Positions 54,859 to 64,000 of a stretch of DNA of 64,000 bases are shown piece by piece. Position numbers and translations under genes: made by a program. The DNA is from Nitrospirales bacterium. Lineage in GTDB: Bacteria; Nitrospirota; Nitrospiria; Nitrospirales; UBA8639. The DNA lies in assembly GCA_965203295.1 (NCBI GenBank), contig CBDBCZ010000018.1:640001-704000 (forward strand), given 5' to 3'. How positions within the stretch are numbered: position 1 is the stretch's first letter; each line of letters opens with the position of its first letter. The notes below the pieces were generated by a model. The model was given only the letters and a program-made list of their open reading frames with translations. It was not told where the DNA came from and did no database searches.

Positions 54859-57800
54859 TTAAGTTACCAGAAATGGGGGTTTAGGATCTAAGAAATCATG
54901 CATAACTAGTGTTCCATCATGAGAACCACTAATAACCTGAAAATTATCACATTGTACAGCCGTGACCCAGCCAGTGTGTTCCTGCAGGGAAAACAAAGAC
55001 AAACAGATCAGTGATGGTACTCAAGCACACGCTAAATCACTTCATACATCACTAGTACATAATTATATGTGACACGTGATCATTCTAGACTTCATAAAAA
55101 TAACTATATTGTTTAGCTATGCACGCCCTAAGTGTATCTATCTGTTGACATGGCCAAAGGCTTGAGCCTGATTCTGCTACCGCCACTCTTTCTGCTATGC
55201 GAAAACATCACTGACATAAAAATTGTGAACAAAAATATTGTATCACTCTTCCATCCTTTTTTAGAACAACACCCTCAAGTCACCCTACCTTCAGTGTTGT
55301 GATACAGAGGGTATCACTGGATGAAGGAGCGTCCAGTGCTGCTGCCAGGTCCCAGACTTTTATTGTTCTACACAGAGAAGATGGGACGGATACAACCACT
55401 ACTGAAGACATGAGTACAAAAGCTGCATATAAATTGGTATTTGGGAATACTGCAGCACCCCCAATATTTCAGAACTAGCTGCAGTTATCAAAAGACTTAT
55501 AATGCTGCATTGAAAGGCAGCCTAGCAATTCTTTTCACAAGTTTATTGTAGTAAGGGGTGGAGTCATATCTAAAACGTTACTGTGATCATGTGGCTTGCA
55601 GTTGCAGTTTTCTGCCTTCTGCTGCGGCTGCAGCCAAGAAAAAACTTCAAATACATGTACAAGTCTTCAAATGCAGGAAAATGCTACCATAGCAAATCCA
55701 GATGGCTGAAATGATGTAACCTAAAGTATACCCTGATTGTAGCCTTTACAGCCTCTGTGAAGGTTTGTCTAAAAGAAAACAACCAAATCGTCTGCGATCC
55801 TGGATTGGTAAATGGTACATGATTATTACTACTCACCCGTCATAACTTCCACTCAGTATTCTCTTGTTGTCTGCAGCAACACAGCTATGGGATGGAATGG
55901 GGTTTGATCATAATCCTGCCATGCAAAAAATCTAGTGCGCACGTAGTCTCGTTCCCAGGCTCTTTTCGTATTGCAAGTGACAAAAGCTGTGCAGAGGCCT
56001 GGGAATGAGGCTAGTGCGCACATATTATAGCAACAAAGATAAATGGAATGTGGTTGTCAGGTCCAGTTTGAGCATGCATAGGTTTCACTTACAAGACGAG
56101 ATTAGCATGTCCATGTAGCTCTCGTACACATTCTCTGATACCAATGTTCCATATTCTGTTGCAGATGAGAAAAAGTATTCGAAAAACAGTCATACACAGC
56201 TAAGTATAACCACACCCCATGCCACACCGCTCAGAATGTGTGCCTTGGAAGTAAAGCCTATGAATGAGGGGATGCATTATATAAACACTAAAACAGTCTT
56301 TACAGCAATGCCATCTGTCACATATATACAGCTACAGCCACGGAATGTACTGGGTTTCCTAACCCAATACACTCCAGCATAAACGCAATGACTTGTATCT
56401 AGCTAATACGTGTAGTACCATTGATAATGTACTCACACTGGACTAATAATGACTCCGTCATTACACCAACTCTTCCCAACATAAGTTTTAGCTTCAAGGT
56501 TTATCTTTGCTCCCTGTGCTCAAACATGCGAAAGGATTCTTTTACGTGGCCTGGGAATGAGGCTACTCGAACGTTAAGAGATAACGTCTGGGGGAGGCCT
56601 GGACACATTGCTATTCATTGCAAGAGTAGGCATGTACACTACACAGTGCAAGTAGAAGTAGAGGACAATACTGTCTACTGTAGAGAGAGTATAGTCGCGA
56701 AATGGATATCATCGTACCTCAATGTCCTGTCATCAGAACCACTGATGAGGTGGCTTCCTTGTAACTGGAGACAGCGTACCCACTGGCTGTGTCCATGGAG
56801 GGTTCGAACCAACTCTCCAGTGAAGGTATCCCACACCTAATGCAGTGTACCAGACAACATCGTAGTGATTATAAGATGCACTACAAGTCTAAATACAAGT
56901 GTTGGCTTTTGCATTCGTACCATCAATAATAAAGTCTGCTTAAGTGCACGTTGTAGCTATAACCAAACTTATCAGCATCATCATGAAAACTTCATAGTCA
57001 TTTTACCTTACTGGAGGGTAGATGGATCTGTGAATACAGTTGCTAAACTGAGAATAGAATTATTTGTTGTGGCTGCACAAAAAATATTTGGCACCATAAT
57101 TCTGAATTCTTAAAAATGATAGTTATTCATGAATGTAGATTTCATAAGTGAACCATAATCAAAAAGCCTGGGGACATGGAACCAATAATTGAAGTATCTT
57201 ACACGTCAACTACCTTAATATCCTCTCTTAATCAACAGTCAGGAAGGTTTCGGCATGATTTGATCCCTCTAATAATTAACACACACTCTTGTCTGAAGGT
57301 CACTACATTGTGGGATGCCAGTCTTCATTAACAAACTCTACCCTCATTACACCCCACTGTATGTTTACTGGCTACGACTGAACACTTGCTGGGTAACCAA
57401 ACCAAACACCACATTAGCATTAAACGTGGTGAAGAACTAGTCTATTTGACATGGAAGAACGCTACACTTGTAGCTGACTACGCAAGCCTGCATTCAGCCA
57501 CAGGAATCTCGTGATCGGCAACAACTAGTGCCCTGAAAGCAACCAGCTGCTCATGATTGGCCTAGTTCCTTCAAAGATGCATCAACTGCCACCTCTACTG
57601 CCAGTGGGAAATTACATCACATTACCTAGCATGTTCCATTTCAGTGAAATTATAAATTACAATACATTGCTGTTTTTCCTGTTGTATGTAATTACAGCAC
57701 ATGTGACTGTACCTTGATTGTCTTGTCTGCAGATCCAGAGATGATGGTGGTCTCACTCATGTCCACTGCAAACACCTGGTTCTCATGTCCCTTAAGAGTC

Positions 57801-58378
57801 ATCCTCAGTGTGATGTTAGTGGGTGACTTCATATTCCAGACTGCCACTGTTCCATCCTGTGGCACAAGCACACACATGCACACCAGTAATGACAATAATG
57901 TGTGCAGATTCTTGTAGAGTGTGTGTGGGTAGATACTACATCCCAACTTGAGAATGAGCTTGACTGCCTTAGAACATCAGAAACATAAAGCATTAATCAG
58001 GGATTTGAATAGAATGTGAGAAAGAGTGATCAGCGACACCAGGGACAGATGACACATATACACAAGAGAGTGTATACAATAACATGAAACGACTATTCAG
58101 TGAAAATAATGATCCACCTAAGCTCCCATACTAATTTTAGGAGAACCATAAGAGTATGACATCACTTTTCTAATCCATGCTCTGTTGAATCAGTGCTAAC
58201 CAAATCCAATGGCCTCTGTAATACAGTGGTAACACTTCAAAATGCAGCTGTGACAGTTCTGCACCCACTCACATAAGAACCCGTAACTAAAGTGTCCGTT
58301 GTAAACTTCAGTGATCTCACTGCTTCCTTGTGGTGGAGTAGGACATTTATCACATGGCCGGTCTGGATATCCCATACC
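54859..58378 (-). CDS. beta-TrCP (BTRC/FBXW11)-like WD40 protein, C-terminal five blades; 5' part not found in the window
   Basis: Exons 58378-58273, 57856-57713, 56836-56718, 56155-56093, 55884-55837, 55367-55289 and 54981-54859 (TAA) are phase-compatible. The translation VWDIQTGHVINVLLHHKEAV...VAVWNMKSPTNITLRMTLKGH...[24 protein letters not shown]...TLCITTLKEH...FQVISGSHD...DFL is collinear with beta-TrCP. Confidence 0.85.
55944..56013. mobile_element. Short MITE (TAGTCTCG..GAGGCTA), 9-bp TSD GTGCGCACR
   Basis: TIRs and TSD are visible. Confidence 0.8.
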
Positions 58379-58908
58379 CTGCAGGGAGGATGCAGACACT
58401 TGTGCAGTGCTATGCCTGTCCCCATGCAGGCTTTGTATTGTCCTAAACCTATATATAAATATAATTATGAACAATACACACGCACACACTATGCTAATAC
58501 CATGTCAACAAAATCCACACACAAAGCACATACAGTACATATACACTCTGGAAACAAGTACAGATTCAGTACACTACGTCAAAAGGATTGATTACTTGGT
58601 ACTTTGATGCTAGCATGACTCACAAAAATAGCACTCATGGATGCTAATCAGCCGTACACTACTGTATAGTGCCAATTTTTCGAGGTGCATAATTTTTCCA
58701 GAATTACCATGACTCGCTTTATATTTGCCCCCCCCCCCAACCTCCAAGCATACAGCATGACAGTACGCGCTCCTACTATAACTGTCTTAGTACCTTTGAG
58801 CTTTAGTAGTAGAGGAGAGTGAACTGGCAGTATTTAGGGTCAGACGGCACAACAAACGCCCACCACAAACGCCTTCTACACAATTAACGTCCATGTGCCT
58901 GCCCCACC

Positions 58909-59011
58909 TAGTCTCGCGGGCCAGACTAACTTTTCGCCGGCTCCGTGGGAAAATTAGCCCGACTAACTTTCCCACGGAGGTGGCGAAAAGTTAGTCTGGC
59001 CCGCGAGACTA
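58909..59011. mobile_element. Palindromic MITE (TAGTCTCG..CGAGACTA), perfect 9-bp TSD TGCCCCACC
   Basis: TSD at 58900-58908 and 59012-59020; almost wholly self-complementary. Confidence 0.92.
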
Positions 59012-59769
59012 TGCCCCACCCACATGCGGAGGTATACAGGTCCTCGAGTTCGTACATGTATAGTCATAGATAATATATACTTCCGTTGGCGCACTAAAAG
59101 TTTTAGTACAGCATATAGCTATTTTTATGCTTACCAACGGAAGTATAATCTACGGTATAGTAGTTTGTTACCATACCTCCGCGCGCCACAGTGCCGTTGC
59201 CTCTGATGTACAGCAGGTGTGCAGCCATGCAGACAACTTCCCATGAGCCACTCACTGAACGCCAGTAGTCTAGCTAGCTATCCCCAACTTCTACCAGACT
59301 AGAACGCCAGAAGCTTGGGTTCATACAGACAGAATCCTGTCCACAAACTCCCCTCCCTCTCTCCCTCTCTCTAGGTAAAAGCCGTAGAAAAGAGGGATGC
59401 GGTACTAACCAGCTCACAGCAGATTGAGTTCTAAGTCACACCGGTTTTGTAGTGTAAAATCAGTTACTGTAAATTTTTTTTCTGAATGAGCTCAGCAACT
59501 AAATAGCTACTCTAGTTCACACACTAATGTTCCGACAGTCTTTATAGCTTGGATCTAGGAATTGTATAAATGATGGCTTGGATGCCTACGTTAAGGTATT
59601 TGTTTAGAGAGCATAGTTATCTACTAATGTCTGTGAAGAAAGTTTTGAATTATTGCATTTCCATCTATATGTACGCTGGAAGCTTACTGTTTTAGCACAC
59701 AAGACTTGACTGCAGGGATTGTTTTCCGTTGGTAGAGTAAGCCACTGATGATCGGCCACCATGTACATT

Positions 59770-59830
59770 CGGACGCGCTAGCGCCGAGCGCGTAAATTAC
59801 CGGAAGTGGGCGGGGCCTTCGATCGATAGT
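59770..59830. promoter_or_regulatory. Promoter-like CpG-rich element with an ETS site and GC box
   Basis: ACCGGAAGTG is immediately followed by GGGCGGGG in a CpG-dense patch. Confidence 0.4.
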
Positions 59831-61447
59831 ACAGACCCTTCGCACTTCGAGTTGAAAGTTTGGTATTCTTCCGTTGCTTGGTTCTGGCTATGCCTGGCCA
59901 GGCCCGTCCTGTTGTTAGGATGCTTGTGGAAGAAAAGACAGCAGGAGAGCAAAACAGGAAGGGGGGTGGGTGGGAGGGTACGCGAGAAGACCGTGACGTC
60001 TTCATATGTGTACAACTCAAATCAGCATTTCGAGCGCGCTCTATTGCTAAGGTTAGTGGCTGTATAGTCCTGTAAGTGCAAACCATGCACAGATGTAACT
60101 GCTACGCTAGACAAACTACGACGATGTGCATTAAATGAAGTCAGTACAGTCGCCTACATGTTTTGTCTCGTGCCCAGCCCCACGTTTGGAAGGTGGGTCT
60201 GGCTCCCCGCATATTCAAAGTTGGGGCAGCATTACGTCAGCGGTCCCAGATCTGGACCGGCGATGTGATTGGTTGACTATAGTAAACGGTTGTAGTATCC
60301 GGATATTCACACCATTTAGTGATGTAATACTATAATCAACCAATCACATCGCCTACCTCTATCCGTACAGACCGAGCGAGTTCAACAAACACAAGTAATT
60401 GTGCGAGCGAAGCGAGCACAACTACTTGTATATAATTATGATAACTATTCATGGCAGTTGTTATTTATTTGTTGGTTAGTCATATTTTAATATACCGCCT
60501 GCCATATATACTATCACTTGAAGGATGCTTGTATATAAACTTGGAACATGACTGGTGATGTCATGCATATCTGTGGGAAAATCTTGACAAAGGTCACTCT
60601 CGCAGGACAGTTGGAAGTATCCTCACCTACCACGTGGCCTGGTATCCACTGTTTGTCACACATACACGCATTATCGTCACACATGCACACTGACATGCAC
60701 AACATGTACATGTATACACACTGTACATATACAAATACGTACACAATCACTAAAATTTCATGCACCTACTCATTCTCTTAGACAAGAATAGCTGCCAGCA
60801 GATAGCATGCACAGTCATCACCAGTGACTCACCAGTCAGTTTCCAGGAGCTGGTCTTGAGAACAGTAACAGTAACACTCAGCAGGCAGTCTCCTAACACT
60901 CACTTAGAATGTAGGTAGTTGCTCTACTAAACACTTACTAGCTGGCAGTGGTGTAACAGTGCTCTATTAAACAGTCACTTAGCTAGCAGTGTTGTGGAAT
61001 ACTTGTTAGCTGTTGCTATGGAGCGGTGTGCCTCACGAGTTTCTGAGCATATTCACAGCCCTTATCATCTCATAATGATTCCCACAGACTTTATTCATGA
61101 GCAAGGGTATTCCCAGCTTGTGGAGTAGTTAACCTTTTGACCCCAACTTTAGCCATTATGCACGCCTACAACAGTACAACTGCAGTTAAAATTATTTTGG
61201 TTAGGATTGGGGTTAGGGCTACATCCTGTCCTCAGAAAAGGTGAGGGGCGGGGGGAGGGAGGGGAGGAGGGGGGGGAGGCATGGGAGTGAGGGGGAGGGG
61301 TTGGAAGGAAGTCTCATTGGGGACCTGCACAAAACTGAGCTCCTGAAGCCACTGGACAGTCGTAGCAAACCATGTTACTCCCGCTGAGCAATGAGTGTAA
61401 TAATGATGTAATGACAAGTGTAGATAGCAGGTGCCTTCACTACAGCA

Positions 61448-61630
<183 letters not shown>

Positions 61631-62306
61631 GGTCAACTCCCTGGGGGCCTTCGCATCCACAGGGGAGCTGCTGGGGATGATCATCGGGGAGCTGCAGCCA
61701 CTGAATGGCTGGCTCCCGAGTCTATGTATATTCATTTAAGTGATTGCATGCCTGTAAATTGCAATGTAAAGCAATCAATAAGTCACGCTAGACTTACCAT
61801 TGGATACATTGTAAATTTGCGAACTCCATGCACTCCATTTCTAGCACATCTCACAATTTATTTCCGACATACAATGCTATTAAATGCCCAGTGTTCAGTA
61901 CGAGTGACTGTTAAAAGAAATGCAGAGTTTGTTCTTGGCCGGCGGCAGAGGTACACAAAAAGAAGCACACAACTGTAAGATGGATAGGCCTAGATACGGG
62001 TGCTTCCAATCCCATTTTGTTTTCGGTTATTCATTTACATGTGTACCTAATTCCCAGTAGCCCTCTGGAGTTAACTTCTAACACAGCCTGGAACAGCAGA
62101 TTCCAATCCATGTAGCAGCATGCTGGAGCCAGACTCACTTCATAGCACGCTCAAGTTGTATCATCTCAGCCTACACTACTCCCACAGCCAATACTTTAAT
62201 CAAACCTTCGCTTGCTCCTTGAAAGATGGCTCTACCTGCATGTAACCGATCAGTACATTACGTAACTACATTACGTTACCTATACGTGATGTAATTCGCA
62301 GATACG

Positions 62307-62670
62307 TGCATGGTATTACTATGTGGTAATACATGGTACTGTGTGGTATTACATGGCACTAGGTGGTATTGCATGGTACTGTGTGGTATCACATGGTACT
62401 GTGTGATATTACATGGTACTGTGTGATATTGCATGGTACTGTGTGCATGGTATTGCATGGTACTGTGTGGTATTGCATGGTACTGTGTGGTATTACATGG
62501 TATTACATGGTGCTGTGTGGTATTACATGGTATTGCATATGATACTGTGTGGTATATTGTATGGTATTGCATGATACTGTGTGGTATTGCATGGTATTGC
62601 ATGGTACTGTGTGGGATTGCATGGTATTGGATGGTACTGTGTGGGATTCATGTATTGCATGGTACTGTGT
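62307..62670. repeat. 10/20-bp satellite (GCATGGTACT GTGTGGTATT)n
   Basis: Directly visible. Confidence 0.95.
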
Positions 62671-64000
62671 AGTAATACATGGTTGGGTTTCCCAGTATGG
62701 GTCAGTTCTATTTGTGCTCAACAACAAAGGACAAGTGGTTGCTTGGCAACTAAGTAGACAATATTTTGAAATCACTTGCACAGCGGCTAGTGACATTCCA
62801 TAGTCATATCAGCATGATCTTGGTGGACAATTGTTGTTCATTACGCACTAAACTAACAGAAATATTTGGATCAGGAATTAGTGTGTTTAGATCTCTTCCA
62901 CGCTGTTCAGCGAATAGTTAAATACATGCCAAAAAGGCACCCTATGTATACACATTTTTCGCAAGACATTAGCAACTCTTTAAAAATCCGATGGATAAAA
63001 GGTAAACAACGAACTCTGCCAACTCAAGACCCCTACACACTTCGAAGAAATTTTGACCAGTTTTTTCAAAAGAAGAGTCATGCAAAAGTTGAAGGAAAAT
63101 AGATTTTGAATGAGAAAACAATGGATGAAATTGAGGCATCAGGCGTGCACATTTCAAAAGGGTGCCTCTCAGATATTCCTCCCAAATGCGGTACCAACAA
63201 AAATGAAGCACTTCATCGTTCAATCAGGCCTTTGTTCCATCGGTGCAGAATGGGCTTACCTTTAGCCCTTGCTTTGATGATTTCTGTTCTATATTTTTAT
63301 AACAACAAACAGGCACGTGAAAAATGTCCAAGGGGAGGCAACCTTGGGCAATCAATTCTATCAGGATGGGCATCATACAAAAAGGGGGTTGCATTACCAC
63401 TGCATAGATCAATTTGGAATTCTCAGCAAGACAGGAATATTACCTGGATTTTTGGACACCAAAAAGTTTGCATCGAGGAGTTTGACCTCACCCATCATCC
63501 TGTTGAAATAGAGGTAAGCAAAGACCTTGAACAGCTAGCATCAGTAGACGATATTAGGAGGATTCTACAAAAAGCTTATAATATGTATCTGGTTGCAAAG
63601 GAATTGCAGAAAACAAGCAAATTCTCTTCAGTCACAAGTGGTGCTCATAAGATGATACCATTCATGTCTTCTATCAGCTGCCTTTTTAATACTGACCAGA
63701 GCTCTGCTGATCATGAGTCTCAGCAGGAAAGACTTTGCTACATCACAAAATCATGGGGATTTGAATTACAACAAGTTACTACTGCTTCACAGCATTGGCA
63801 TATAGTTTACAACAGCAGCAACAACTCATAACATATTGCTTTCAACCAGCATGGAGCAGGACATTAAGCCGTTTCTTTCAAAGAACAGCCCTCTGCAAAT
63901 GCTACACCAATTCCTGATTCACCAGAACAGCACTGCCGATGTGGAGTTAATGACAAAAAAGGGAAGGATCACTGCACAAAGGTAGAAGGGAGTACACCAC
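62670..64000 (+). mobile_element. Frameshifted DDE transposase remnant with a DxxH motif (Dada/DUF6729-like)
   Basis: Across several frames: VLNNKGQVVAWQL, VVDNCC, LDLFHAVQRI..MPKRHP and HISKGCLSDIPPKCGTNKNEALH, with multiple stops and frameshifts. Confidence 0.6.

Noticed and set aside
62276..62803. Repetitive MQYH / WYCMVL ORFs
   Set aside because: They are translations of the 10/20-bp satellite.

Overview
This is intron-rich eukaryotic DNA from an animal. A demosponge is my inference from the gene families and repeat content. I reconstructed four host genes or gene parts by hand from GT-AG splice sites and reading-frame phase. (1) A complete 12-exon alpha-1,6-fucosyltransferase gene (FUT8-like, minus strand, 4688-20948) with a diverged tandem copy of its last exon and 3'UTR. 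(2) A ~25-kb plus-strand gene (25962-50593, ~1587 aa) with the architecture kinase - coiled coil - 12 ankyrin repeats - CARD-like - unknown domain - second ankyrin array. Nearly every ankyrin repeat is its own 99-nt phase-0 exon. The second array contains recently duplicated, near-identical exon cassettes, two of them broken, that vary mostly at the predicted ligand-binding positions. This candidate modular, diversifying innate-immune sensor kinase is the most interesting system in the window. (3) The 3' part of a beta-TrCP-like WD40 gene (minus, 54859-58378) with a rewired phosphodegron pocket and no visible F-box. (4) Probable pseudogene fragments, one DNAJC8-like and one encoding a disordered Tyr-motif tail. 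Mobile DNA includes an intron-containing, frameshifted integrase-type transposase, hAT, LINE and Dada-like remnants, a DINE-1/Helentron-like element, many MITEs (a TAG..CTA family with 9-bp TSDs), a degenerate hammerhead motif and a perfect 41-bp hairpin. No database searches were run, so family names come from motif recognition.
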